Below are positions 1 through 53,615 of a stretch of DNA of 64,000 bases, piece after piece. The DNA lies in assembly GCA_965153285.1 (NCBI GenBank), contig OZ229115.1; one strand, written 5' to 3'. Position numbers and translations under genes: made by a program. The notes beneath the pieces were generated by a model that was not told where the DNA came from, searched no databases, and was given only the letters and a program-made list of their open reading frames with translations. The number at the start of each line of letters is the position of its first letter. Position 1 is the stretch's first letter. This DNA is from Podarcis tiliguerta (lineage: Eukaryota).

Positions 1-1345
1 CTGGGGGTGGGCATTCCAAAGATGGGATGCCACCACCCAGAACACCCTGCAGTGCATCAGCCTGTGGCAGTGGCGTAGCGTGGGGGGTGCAGGGGGGCCC
101 GGCCGCACCGGGCGCAACATCTGGGGGGGGGGCACTCGCACTCGCAGCTCTCTGCCCCTACCTGGCTCTCTCTCTCACTGCAGTGCTGGCTGTGCGAATC
201 CGATCTGAGCCGCTGGGTCGCCGCCCACTGTGGAGGGGAGGGTGCTAGGCGTGCGGTGCGGTGCGGAGAGAGAGCGAGGGACTATCTGGGGGAGGGACAG
301 TGCAACGGGGGGGGGGGCGCAAATTACTTGCCCCAGGTTAGGGGGCGCAAATTACTTGCCTTGCCCCGGGTGCTGACAACCCACGCTACGCCACTGGCCT
401 GTGGTGAACTCCATGTATTCCTGGGGCTGCAGCAGCCTCCCACCCTTGCAGATCTTAAGGCTTGGGTTGGTAGATATCAGGACAGGCACTCCTTCAACTA
501 TCTGAGATCCAAGAACCTTAAACTGGGCCCAGTAAGCTATTGGTGCCAGTGTAGTGTGTGCAGGGTCAGTGCTACATGACTTCAAATAGCATACCACTCA
601 ACACCCTGACAGCTGCATTCTGCAGCAGCTGCAATTTCTGGAGCATCTTCAAGGTCAGTCCCATTTAGAGTACAGGACAATAAACTAATTAGTAAAGCAT
701 GAAGCACCATGACAAGGCTATCCTGATCCAGGAATGCTGTTGCTTGTGTCTCACTGGGAGTTGAAAAGAGGGCCTCTATGAAAGAGATGAATCCCAGAAG
801 TACTCCCAAGCTGTGTACCTGCTCTTTCATGGGGAGTGCACCCAGGACATCTTCCCTGTTCCTGGACATGAGAACCATCCATGCCTCTGTCATGTTGATG
901 TCCCTTTGTTGACTCTCATCCAGCCCCTTTTTGCCTCTGTGCACTGGCCCAGCACCTGAGTAACCCCACCTGATTCCGATGACATGGAGAGATAGCGTTA
1001 GATGCTGCTGATGCTGCACCCCAGGTCCTCAGATGACTTCTCCCAGTGGCTTCAAGTAGCTGTTGAGAAGCATTGGGGTGGCAAGAGGTTGAACAATGGC
1101 TGAGCAGAAGTCCTCCACTGCCACTCTCTGGAAATATCCCTACTGGTAGGAGGGGAACCATTTCCCACTCCTGCTGATCTACTTGGGAGGATACCATGGT
1201 TGATGGTATCAAAGGCTGTCGAGAGATCAATGAATAACAACATTGTACTCTTCCTGTCTCTCTCAATACAAGTAATAAGGGTGATCAGGGCAACCAGGGC
1301 AGTTTAAGTCCTGAAACAAGGCCTAAAGCCAGCTTGAAATGAGTC
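1..1345 (-). mobile_element. Degraded L2-type LINE fragment interrupted by a hAT MITE
   Basis: RT remnant LLFIDLSTAFDTINHGIL (ORF 1052..1243); bases 1-60 resemble the L2 3' region at about 36650. Confidence 0.75.
68..396. mobile_element. Non-autonomous hAT-type MITE
   Basis: Perfect 17-bp TIR CAGTGGCGTAGCGTGGG / CCCACGCTACGCCACTG; 8-bp TSD GCCTGTGG (60-67, 397-404). Confidence 0.92.
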
Positions 1346-4300
1346 CTCTGTGGTGCCATAGTAACCTTGCTTCTGGTATGAATCTAGGCCTCTGTTTTCC
1401 TCCTCATTCTTAGCTTCAGTGCTTATCAGCTATGGAAGAGTACATTGGGTAGAAGGCAGACATCACAATGTACTAGGCTGGCTAGTTGGCTTCCTATGCT
1501 CCCTGGAGCCAGCCACCTGACTTACTGCTACCACTAGCCCAATAGTTCTCTCCTCTGAGCAGTCCTCGCCTCCCTTGCAATCATGCCAGATGCTAGCAAT
1601 CATGCATGCTAGTGTATTAGGCAGGTTTGTGTGTCTCTCTGTGTGTGCAAATGGTTTTATGAGAGAGGGTGTTTGTCTGTTGGTATGAAAGGGTTTGTGT
1701 GTGCGTACAGCAAGTAAATATTTTTCAGGGGCTTAATTCCTTGAAGCTATGCCGTGTTGTGATGACCTGTATTCTGTGGTTAAATTGGCTCACTTTTGCT
1801 TTTCATTGGTTTTGAAATCTCTGCAATAGGTTCACTGTCCTTTGCACACAAGAAATGCTTCACCTATGTGTTTCTCATGTGTAAAACGAGTAAATATTAT
1901 TTTTAAGAAATTAAATATTTAGATTACGTTCTAGGCAACCATTTTGTAAATAGTTTGCGATAATGTCTTCTAAATGCTTGATTCCTTAGTACTATGCTGT
2001 AAATGTATGTGTAACACATTTGACTGCAATCCTATAAACACCAGGGAGTACGGTCCGCTCAACTTGATGGGACTTACTTCTGAGTAGACATGCATAGGCT
2101 TGTGCTGTTGATGTATAATCTGAGGGTCAGCTTCATTTGGTTGAACTGTGCTCTTTTAGTCCGTGGTGGCGAGAGGACTTATAAGCATAGTCTTCAGCTT
2201 TACACCTTAGATGAACAGGTTACTTTCAGTGGGGGTTCCTTTACTACTTGTGGGGCTTTCCTCCTGGATGCATAGATTCTACTGTCTCTTGACACTGCTG
2301 GGCTAAAACTCTGTGTCTTAGAAGCTTTTGATTAAAGTAATAAATAAACGTGTCTCATCTTGCATTGGCTTACAAAGACAATTAATTATTCCTCCTCTCT
2401 TTTTCTTTAAGCATACCGTTGTAAGCAGACAAGCAAGGACTAACAAGCAAAGCTGTTCATATAAAATATAATTTTAACACAGGATTATCCTCCTGGGAAC
2501 CACGATGTGGAATTTTTCAGGCTTTTTATCTTTGAAGAAGACTCTCTGCATTCTTGCTTGCCTTGCTCCACACCCACTTTCCTTTGTAGAAGATGCTGGG
2601 ACGTGTTCTCAGGTGCACAGTCAGCACAGGTCAGGCCTGGGAGACTTCATCATTGCTCACATCAGAGATGGGGAAGCTGTAGACCTTCAGGTGCTGTTGC
2701 ATTTCAATTCCAGTCAGACCCAGCCAACATGACCAGTGGTCACAGAAGATGGGAGTTGTAGTCCAACAACTTCTGGAGGCCCACAGGTTCCATATTCCAG
2801 CCCCTTGTGACTTGAGATTGCTACAGCTGCAGCTTGCAGGGGAAGATTAGTAGCCTAGTGATAGGCGAGCTGTCTTTTAGCCAAGCTTGTCTACCAGTAC
2901 TAATTTTATCAGTCATGAATCTTTGCTAAGCTTTTGAGGAACAGTGGTGTTCCCTGGAGCATGGTTTTATAAGTATTGGGTTAGTAGGTCAAAATAATGC
3001 CGCATCATTATTGGGATCATTGTTGTCCCATAAAATGTCACTGGGAACAAGAATTCTAAGTTTGAGCCGCCTTTAGTTCACTCAGGAATAGATGAGCAAC
3101 CAGCCAGAAACACTTAAAAACCACATGAGAGGAGAAGGAAGTGAACTTTTCCTGTCACTCATCCTTGACCTGCCTGAAATTAGAGCAGAGAAAGAAATAT
3201 CTGTGGAATAGCTATAACAACCCTTTTTTGTGCCTCAGCCTAGCTACTCCTAGAACAGGGAAGGAGTGGCTTCAATATGTGGCATGTTCTCCCTCTCTCC
3301 CTCTCTCTGTTTAACTAAAATCTGTACAGTCCACCAACACATCCACTTTAAAAAAACAAGAATGAACACTCAGGATCTCTTGACAGTTAATCAGTAGCTA
3401 ATGTATGTGAAGTTATCCTGAGTTTGCACCCTTACGTAAGAATATTGAGTGCTGGGGCCCACACAGTCACCCAGCATTCTTTGAAAGGAGCCCAGAAGCC
3501 CATAGAAAGTAGGTGACCCACTGGAATTTGGCCAGTGGTCCACTACTAAGTTGACGGTGGCCTGCTTTTGACCTTCCCCTGCTGTAGAACAAAGGAGGCA
3601 AACTGTGATGTAGTCACTGACTGGTGGAAGATACATTTATTGATCTTAGACAGCATCCCAGAATGCCTGAGTTTTAACTGCGTGCAGCTAGGATACCTTG
3701 ACTTAACATGGAATTAGAAAGGCAAAGGGAATTCTGGGATGAAGAAGGAGGGTGTCTGGGTATTAAATCATAGTTTTCATCTCGTAAACTGAATCATGTC
3801 TATTGTTTCTTAGGCTCTCAGTACATCAAGACACAACATGTGGATCTTGAGTCAGTGGTGCAGCTCAGCTCCCAGAAAGTTAAAGAAAATTAGTAAAAAT
3901 AGCATTGAAACAAATTCCTATCATGCACATACACTTGGGCGGGTCCACTCATCACTTTCCCCCAGCTACATATGCGATCTAACTGGAGAGAGGCTAGAGA
4001 GAATTTGCAACACCTAGTCTGCTGCAGGAAATATTGGAAATCTCTCAGACAGGCATTGAAAGCTGCTGCCGAATTCACTTTTATTGCTCCACTTGTAAGG
4101 CAAATGAAACTCCAGCCTAAAGTTTCCCTAATAATGAATTCTTGGAGTGTTACATTGCCTATTTAATTGATCTGATTTCCTCTATTATTTTCTCCATGTA
4201 GTATTTCCCTCTCCTGTTTTTCCTTTCTGCGTTCTCCAAGCCTGTTTATATAAAATGTAAATTACTTTTTCAGTTTGGGGGTGGGGTTTAAGGCAGAAGG

Positions 4301-4731
4301 AAACAGCAGCAAACGTTGCCAATTCAAAGCTATTTCCCTTCCATTGAGCGGTATGGTATTTCCCGTACAGAATGCAGTTGTGATTTGCAGATGGTTTGCT
4401 TTATATTATCTTCTGAGCCTGCGGGGATCACATGTTTGTTGTCTCCTGGAGAACATATGAGAAGCATTTTCACCAGTACAAAGTGTCTACACATACCACT
4501 TACATAATCAACAGCTGCAGTGATATATTGCAGGAAAACGAGACCCGAGCCATATGCTTTAATGTGAGACTGAATTCACAGTTTGCCTACCTAACTGGGC
4601 CCCCTCTTCCACACTACTGAAATGGTTTCTATTGGGCGTGCACAAATAGAGAATAGAAGCAAATTCTGTGGCAGCCATATGTTTCAGGACTCTAACTATA
4701 GACCTCTTAAATAGTAAACTGTGGGAAATTA

Positions 4732-4987
4732 GAGAGCCAGTGTGGTGTAGTGGTTAAGAGCGGTAGTCTCGTAATCTGGGGAACCAGGTTTGCGTCTCCG
4801 CTCCTCCACATGCAGCTGCTGGGTGACCTTGGGCTAGTCACACTTCTTTGAAGTCTCCCAGCCCCACTCACCTCACAGAGTGTTTGTTGTGATGGAGGAA
4901 GGGAAAGGAGAATGTTAGCTGCTTTGAGACTCCTGCAGGGGAGTGAAAGGCGGGATATCAAATCCAAACTCTTCTTCTTCTTCTTCT
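4732..4987 (+). mobile_element. tRNA-derived SINE (Squam3-like)
   Basis: A-box-like TGGTGTAGTGG head, (CTT)n tail; near-identical copies at 32952 and 36057. Confidence 0.85.
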
Positions 4988-7900
4988 ATAATTCTGGAGA
5001 GACATGCACCAAATCCATGTCATAAAGGAATAAGCAAAACAGCCCCCCCCCTTTTTTTGCAGAATGGAGTCGTTTTGGTTTTCATACTAATAAGAGTGAT
5101 ATAATAAAATAATAAATGCTACTAGTATGACTAGTATAAGGACAGTTTCAGCTCAATATGTATCTGATGAAGTGTTCTGCAGTCCACAAAAGCTTATGTC
5201 AAACAGTTTAGTCTTTAAGTGCCACAAGACTCTGCTGTCCTATACAATGGTATCTCACAATTCAGGCAACTTTCTCTGCATCAACCAAAAAAGCTCTTGC
5301 ATATTCTAGAATGATCTGGGTCATGTCCAAGAGCGCACTCAGTTCACCTGGGCCACTGTTGGGCCTCACTACGGTCCACTGTTAACTGAGAATGTGTGTT
5401 AGAATACATCTAGCATTCTCTTACAACTGTGCATGCCGCTGGAAAATTAGTAGTTATGTACACAAATTTATTTTGTCCCCCATTAGTTATCTTCTCGCTG
5501 AGGAACTCAAGGTTCCCCAGAAACACTCTGAAAACCACTTGGTATATAACATTTAACTGTATTTGATTGTTGGCAAACAGTAGCTTTTAATATTGAACAA
5601 TATTTGGTAGTTATGATGCAATGGTATTAATCTGACATCATTTCATTAACATGTAATTATATGTAGTATCTGACAGCTTGTTAGATTTCATATGCAAACC
5701 TTGCAAAGATCAAGACAATTCAGAGATGGCAACATGTCCAAAGTATTCAAATTTAAATTTTCCAATAATAATAATAATAAATCCTGTTTGAGAATGCAAA
5801 TTTGAAGCTATATTCAAAATATCCAATTCAAGAGCTGTAGAACATCTTGTCAGATATCTGACAATATTAATCTCTGTTTGAAGGTGAAAAATCATCTCAT
5901 TTAAGTAGCACATAGGCAAACCTCTTCACAATGGTATGTTTATTAAAAACATTTCCCACTGAAAACACTGGTAATCAATATATGGTACAATTGGTCATAC
6001 TGGTTGTACAGGGAGAGTTGTTTTATAATTTAAGGATTCGAGAAATAAAGAAACCATTCTTAAGGTATCTCAACCTATATATAAAAATAAGAAACCAGGG
6101 TCCACAGCAAATTCCCACCAATATAAAAATGTTAGGGGTGGCTCTGATGTGGCAAAGATCGTGTCATCGTTTCCTCCTTCCCCCAAAGGCCCCGTCTCTA
6201 TTTCTCATCAAACGATGTGACATAAAAGTTCCTCCCTCCCTCCAATGAAGGAATAAGGCAGGGGTGGGAGACCAGCAAAACGCCAGCGTAGTGAGTGATC
6301 CGTGAGAAAGTTTTTTTAAAAGAAAGGAAGGAGAAGTGAAAGAAAAGAGAACGAAAGCAGATGCGGAGGGAACAACTGTGAAGTCAGCTCAAAGTGAACA
6401 GAAGGGTTTAGGGAAATAATCTTCTGTGAAGGACCTCTCTTCTCCAAAGCAGGCACTGAAAAGGAGAATAGCTTCCAGTCTCAGAAGCAGGCAGCTTTCC
6501 AATCACTCAGTCACCTCTTCTTCAGAATCCGACCCTAAGTCATGGCCTACCAGATGAACCTGCTGATCCCACATCTGCTGTCCAGAGGCAGAAGAGAAAA
6601 GGGTTCCCACACTTTTAACGGTTCTGCAGAGGAGAATTTTGGCAGATGTACCTTGTCATCATGCAGGGGGCAAGAATAAAGCTACGTCACCTGCTAGGTT
6701 TCTAATACATTTTTATTCTGCCTTTCTAAGGAGCTCTAGGTGGCACACTTGGTTCCTCCCCACCTTTCTAATCTCAAGAATTTTTTTAGGCTGAGTGACA
6801 CCAAATGGCCCAACCCTAGCTAGAAAGCATTTGACCCCGACTCTCCTCAGTCACAATCCTAGGGTTGTAGACACCTAACTTTCACTTGGAAGAAACCCAT
6901 TGAAATTAAGTTAGATATGGTCATTAATCTCAATGGGCCTACTCTGAGTAAAAGTCACTTGAATACAATCCCTACATCACACTAGCTCTCAGAGTAGAAT
7001 CAATCCCATCTTCTGTGCAACAAGACTATGGGAGTCTTGGCTGCCTCTAATAACCTTCTGCCAATTAGACTGAGAAATTGGCATAGCCTATTCAACAGCC
7101 ACAGTCTTCCCCCATCCTTCAAGCCGCTTTGACTTCCATTCCCATTATTAGAAGCACAGGAATGTGTGGCTGGATAGTTGGAATGGAGCTGAAGGTCTAG
7201 CCGTGTGTGTGTGTGTGTAGCATGGTTACTAATTCAGAAAAACAAGTTTAAGGATGGGAGTTCACAAGAACATTTACTATGGAAGTGAGGACAGCGTTAC
7301 AATGAAAATGTGCCAGTCATGTACACTGGATCCCAGCCTATGTTTAGTCTGCTCTCTGACCACAAGCTCTATATTAGTCAAACGATCTGGGCCATAAACG
7401 TCATGGTATATATACAGTCTATACAAAGAAGAGAACGTTACGTACTCTTCTGTAGCACCAGGTTTTGTGTGTGTGTTTGGACTGCTGCAGTCTAGATGCT
7501 GTGGATGCTGTTATAGAATGGAACAAGATTTTTAAAAACGAAGGAAAAAGAAGAAGAGAAGCACATGCATCTGGCACTTGGAAGGCAAACATGATGGGAT
7601 ATTTGTAGACTAGCTTAATGCCTACCTTTGAGACCCTCTTCCAAATAACAGGTTCGTTAAAGAAACAAACAAACAACCGTCTCATTAGTTCCAAAAAGGT
7701 AATATACATGGCAACATACACATGAAAAACTTTAAAAAATGATTAGCCAAGTAACAAACACTCTGTATTGCAAAAGAAATAAAAGAGAAAAGGATTTTGG
7801 GAATCCCTGATTTGCACAGATCCCTTTTTTTTTACTCAGTCATTACCATCACAGCCAACAGTGATACAGAACTACTAGAATGCTATTGAAATGCAGTGAA

Positions 7901-9265
7901 ATTGCCATAGGGCTCCTCTAGAAAACCAGTTTATTGAGTTTGCTTGCACAAAGCTTATGCAGAGGTTAGATTATAACTGGCCTTTATTGAGTATTCATTC
8001 TGTTTTATTTGCAGGGCAGTTATACAACAATGAGTATCAGTCCTGCATTCATCCTGATTTGCTGTCACGATATTTATACACCTTCCCATTAGTCATTTGT
8101 TCGTCCCTCACTTTTCAATACATTTCTGTCAGTTTCCGAACTGCAAAGGGTCTGATTCTTTTAAAAAAGTGGATTTGATGTGAAGTGGTCCTTTAAACCA
8201 CTTTAACTGCACAAATCTAGAGTGCCTGAATTCCTCTCACAGAATAGTGAGTCAACCTGAGTACAGAGAGACTAATATTTCAACAGAATAATGGATAGCA
8301 TGGAGAGTTAAATTGCAATTCAGAGTAGTTTGCTACATAATAACTTACTGGCATGATTCACATGAACCACTGTTTCATATGACACAAATGAGTCATATGA
8401 GTCTTCTCTTTCCTCCTCTGGCATGCTACAAGGAGGAGATGGGAAGCATCCCCTCCATTTTAAATTAACTGTGGTTTGTTTTTATGTCCCAACCAGGAAC
8501 TGTGGTTAGCATTCCTATTGTTCATTGAAATAAGCCAGGATCAATAACCATGGTTTAAAGTTGAGTTCTTTCAGTAAACCATAGCAAACCCTAACCACAG
8601 TTTGTCAGGGATTGCATATAATGGCAATCAGCAGTTGGCTGAAAATGAAAGCACATGCTTATGATCTCCTTGCAGAGATCATGATCTCTGGCGGAGAGGG
8701 AAGACTCCATGAGCTGATGTTGCCATGTGCAAACATATTTAATTTTGTAAGGTTTATAATAATGACATCCCATTTCAAGAGGGAAATATTATTACTTTGG
8801 CCTTTCGCTAAGATAAATGTCTTTTTGATTTGTTGCCCTGTTAATTGAATGCAAAAGTTTTACTGTTTGAGGCTTTTCAAGCTGTTCAGTGAAATAAAGG
8901 AATTGTGAATATTGACGTTATCTTCATGATTAGGAGGACAGTGAGACGGTTAGCTCTTATGAATCATTTTAAAGGGGTCAGAGTTCTTTTAAAGAGCATC
9001 ATAAGCAGAGTCACATAAGGTTGCCTAGAGTAAACCAAAGTTGTCCACTGATCAGTTCCTTTGTACCAAAACCAACCAAGCTACTGAAAAACCTCCACAC
9101 TCATTGAAGCCTTCTTTCTTCTTCTTCACAGATGTTCACAGCTGGCCTCACAGCCGTAGTTCGCACATGGCAGTCATTCCATGTTTTCCCATTCAAGGCA
9201 AAAGGCTGTCTCCCAATTCCAGCTGCGAGGTAGTCATTAGGTTTCAAATACCTCCAGATTAACAG

Positions 9266-49702
<40,437 letters not shown>

Positions 49703-50789
49703 GCTGTCCTCAGTGCTCTCTGGAAGAGAATCAGCATCCCATAGAGAAAGAGACCTCACCAGCCTCTCTTGTTAGAATAGCCAGCTCTGGCTTGGTATAG
49801 ATTAGATCAAAGCGTTTCTAGTGCTGCTTAGCTGACCTGCAATGTCACCTCTTCTGCCAATAGCCACCAAGCATGTAGCTGGCATTATTTCCAAATTAAT
49901 ACCAACAATCCTATTAGTGACTACATCAATAAGAACCTGGAAGAAGATTACCGACTCTGGAAAATTAGAACAGAGTAGAGTAGTACTTTTGAAACAAGAG
50001 TGATCTCTAAGCAAAGCAACACCCTATATGAAAAGCAAGCACAATTCGTTATTCAGCCCTTATAAGCTCAGTTTCAACGTTAGCTATAAAAGGAACAGAA
50101 AAGGGTATGCAGCAATTCAAGCGCTGGGTGAGTAATTCTGGATTATCACAATAGGACAGACTAGGGGAACAGACTGGATTTCTTTAATCAGGTTTGCTTT
50201 TCACTATTAGTATCAGGATGAAAAGGGCAAGTGCACCTGTAAGTGCATGATTTAAGACATATCCTAACCAGTAAAAATGCATATAGAGGCTACTGACAAA
50301 AACTGGCATTTGTGGTTAGTTTGGGAGAACAATAACATTAGCTCAAAAACCATCTTCACTTAAAGCAAGAGAAGAATTTTATTTATGAAGCTTATCAGCC
50401 AGAAATATGGCTCGGCTCACATTTTTCAAAGGGTTTGTCTCACTTATTTAGACAATGATTACTATGGCATTTAGGGAGCCTCTCTTGTAAAAAGTATTTC
50501 CCTCCTCCCCCATTGGTATCCATCCAGCAGAATTATTCCAGTGGTGAGGGTTTTTGTTTTTTTATCATCAGCCTTGATCAACAGGATATTGGAACACTCA
50601 AGATACCTGCGGGGAAAAATCCCTCATCTCTGTGCTGAATTGGATGCTGTTTAATACAGTTCTTAACAAGCACACTGTCTGGTCCTGACCAAGCAGATTC
50701 AATATCTGGTGAATGCCTCATTGCATCCTGAAGGCAGTGGTGGTGCGACCACTCCATAAGGGCACATCGGATCTCAATTTATGTAACTA

Positions 50790-51345
50790 CAGTGCTACCT
50801 CGGGTTACAGACGCTTCAGGTTACAGACTCCGCTAACCCGGAAATAGTACTTCGGGTTAAGAACTTTGCTTCAGGATGAGAACAGAAATGGCACGACGGC
50901 AGCAAGAGGCCCCATTAGCTAAAGTGGTACCTCAAGTTAAGAACAGTTTCAGGTTAAGAACGGACCTCCAGAACGAATTAAGTCTTAACCCAAGGTACTA
51001 GGTAAAGGTAAAGCGTCCAGTCATGACCGACTCTGGGGTTGCAGCGCTCATCTCGCTTTATTGGCCGAGGGAGCCGGCGTACAGCTTCCGGGTCATGTGG
51101 CCAGCATGACTAAGCCGCTTCTGGCAAACCAAAGCAGTGCATGAAACACCGTTTACCTTCCCACCAGAGCGGTACCGATTTATCTGCTTGCACTTTGATG
51201 TGCTTTTGAACTGCTAGGTTGGCAGGAGCAGGGACCGAGCAATGGGAGCTCACCCCGTCACAGGATTCGAACCACCAGCCTTCTGATCAGCAAGTCCTAG
51301 GCTCTGTGGTTTAACCCACAGCGCCACCCGCGTCTGTGACCACTG
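50790..51345. mobile_element. Tigger/pogo-like MITE (same family as 31245-31473), interrupted by a SINE
   Basis: TA-CAGTGCTACCTCGGGTTA ... ACCACTG-TA. Confidence 0.85.
50999..51338 (-). mobile_element. Sauria SINE inserted in the right TIR of a Tigger-like MITE
   Basis: Colinear with 18859-19215; flanked by the two halves of the TIR, ...AAGGTAC | ACCACTG. Confidence 0.88.
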
Positions 51346-51549
51346 TACCAGCCAGTTGCTAATATCCCCCTTTTGGCAGGGGGCTCAAGAGGAATGTGAT
51401 GACACTGTTCCAGACGTTCTTGGGGGAAGCAATTGCCTAGACCAGCCTTTCCCAAGCTAGATGTTGTTGGACTACATCTCCTGGCAGCCTCAGCAGCATG
51501 GCCAATAGTCAGGGATTATGGTAACTGTAGTCCAGCAACTTCTGCACCT

Positions 51550-51760
51550 TTGCCAATCTGGGTTCAGGCTGGTGTTTGGGACTGAAGCAGCCTTGCTCAC
51601 CCTGACCGATGGATAGTTATTGCGAGAGGGACAGGGGAATGTTACTCTTTTGGTTCTCTTTGAATTCTCAGTGGCTTTTGATACCATCAGTCATGGTATC
51701 CTCCTGGGATGTGACTCAGTAGGATGCGAGTTGGTTGATGTGGTTCCACTCCTACTTGCA
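51550..51760 (+). mobile_element. L2 RT fragment
   Basis: LLVLFEFSVAFDTISHGILL in ORF 51620..51865. Confidence 0.65.
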
Positions 51761-52239
51761 GGGCCCCTTGCCGGGGGTGCAGGCCCTGGGAGTCCCAAAA
51801 ATCACTATGGAGTATATGATGTATATGCACATGTTGATGCACTGCCGCTACTGAAGGATGATTAAACATGGGAGAAGCTTCCCGTCCTTCTTGCACCATG
51901 GCACAAAAACATGCATTCCCCCCCCTTCCTTGTCGCCTCACCCTCACGTCAGATGCTCCAAGTAGTTTGGTTGCGTAAAATGACAATTTTTAATGTGGTT
52001 GTGGTTATTGTAACAAAGTGTTTTTCCCCCCCTGGGATGTGTGTGCTGATACAGCCCCTTATCAAGGGCGCAAAGGACCCTCTGCACATATTTAAACATG
52101 TCACACGAGATCAATGTTTTCCAGCAGGTAAGATGCTTGTGCATCACGTAGGTTTCCAAATGGTGGGGAGAGCCTACAGCTAAGCACATAAGAACAGCCT
52201 GCTGCATCAGGCCAAGGGAGGGAAGAGGAAACCCCAGGA

Positions 52240-53360
52240 CTAGCGACCACCACGGATCAGAAAGGGGGATGTCGCTGCCAAGCATTGCAAAGGCTCGGTG
52301 GGCGCCTTGACGGACGTCTGTGGATGTAGCCGGATGACGAAGGGGTCGCCGCTTGCGGAGCGCTCCTCGGAACTCTGTGGCTGCCGTCGAGCTTTTCTTT
52401 TTAGCAGGAGCAGCCAGCGAAAACGGTGCTCCCCGGAAGCCAGCCTGAAAACTCTGGAAACTAGGAAGCAAGTTGCCAGCAGCAGCCCTTGCCCGCGGAG
52501 GGCGCGGAAACCTGCTCAGCAGCTTCTTCCCTGCCCCGCTGAGTGAAGCGCGCCTGAGGAGCAGAGCAAGCCCCGGGCAGGGCGCAGCGCTGAGAAGCCA
52601 GAAGGCAGACCCTGGTGGTCGCCTCCCAGCTGAATAAGCAGCGGCGTCCCCTCGCGGGAGGGAGGCCACTGCTGAGAGCTGCTCCCCGTCCCTTCTCGGC
52701 AGCACCAAGCGCCCAAAGCCTCTGCAGTTTCAGGAACTGGGAAGCTGAATGCAGGAAAAAGGGTCTCGCGTTTGCCATGACGCTGGGTAGGCTGAGTGTC
52801 CCGGACCACCAAGCTATCCCTAGCCCTTTCCTTCTCCGAGGCTGTGGCCTACAGCTGCCGCGCTCCTGCTTCCTCCTCCCAGGGAGGCCCGAGCTGACTC
52901 CTCCCAGGGGCGGCGCAGGAGTTGGCTGCGGCGCGGAGGGAGGAGGAGGAGCTGGCGGCGGCCGCACCGGGAAAGTGACGAGCTCAGCATGGCGACGGCG
53001 GCGCTGCTCTTCTCTCCTTGGCCGCGCTTCTGCGGGGCGTCTGCCGCCCTGCTCCCGCCTGCCCTGGCCGGGCCGCGGAGAAACTACAGCCAGGACGGCT
53101 CCGTCTCCCAGTATTTGCACCGCAGCCTCGTGCCCACCATGCATTATCAGAAGAGCCTTCCCCGGTAAGGTGGCGCTTCCGCGGCAGGAGGAGGAGGAGG
53201 AGAGGAATGGGCTTGGCCTGAGGCGCCCCCGCTGCCGGCCAGGTTTCTTGGCAAGGGCGCCTTCTAGAGCAAGTTTGGCTCTGGCTCCGCCTCCTTCCTT
53301 CTGAGCAGGGCGGTGCTTTTCGGTGCTCAGCCGTGCGAAGATGGGAAGCGGAGCGCGGGT
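52240..53360. promoter_or_regulatory. CpG island: CPT2 promoter and exon 1
   Basis: About 1.1 kb of very GC-rich, CpG-dense sequence around the CPT2 ATG, against a CpG-poor background. Confidence 0.85.
52989..53164 (+). CDS. CPT2: CPT2 exon 1 (mitochondrial transit peptide; MATAALLFSPWPRF...QYLHRSLVPTMHYQKSLPR)
   Basis: AGCATGG start; conserved PTMHYQxSLPR motif; CG|gtaagg donor; 176 nt; missed by the ORF track. Confidence 0.93.
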
Positions 53361-53379
53361 CTCTGGAGCATGTGCAGGG

Positions 53380-53615
53380 GGCAGAGTGGCTAGTGTCGGG
53401 CTAGACTGGAGCCTGGGAGAGGCCAGAGTTCAAATGATCGCCCACCACCGCAACCCTCGGCCACTAAGCTCGGTGGGTGACCTTGAGCTAGTCACTCTCA
53501 GTCTAACCTCCCTCCCTCGCAGGGTTGTTGTGAAAATAAAATGGAGAGGAGGAGGAGAACAACAACCATGTGCACCGCCTTGAGCTCCTTGGAGGAAAGA
53601 TATAAATATAATAAA
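53380..53615 (+). mobile_element. Older MIR/Squam3-like SINE in CPT2 intron 1
   Basis: Core GGGTGACCTTGAGCTAGTCACTCTC...AGGGTTGTTGTGAAAATAAAATG; A-rich tail. Confidence 0.6.

Noticed and set aside
51944-53304. Long ORFs 51944..52708, 52461..53144 and 52615..53304
   Set aside because: Stop-poor shadows of the CpG island; the true CPT2 exon 1 is in another frame.
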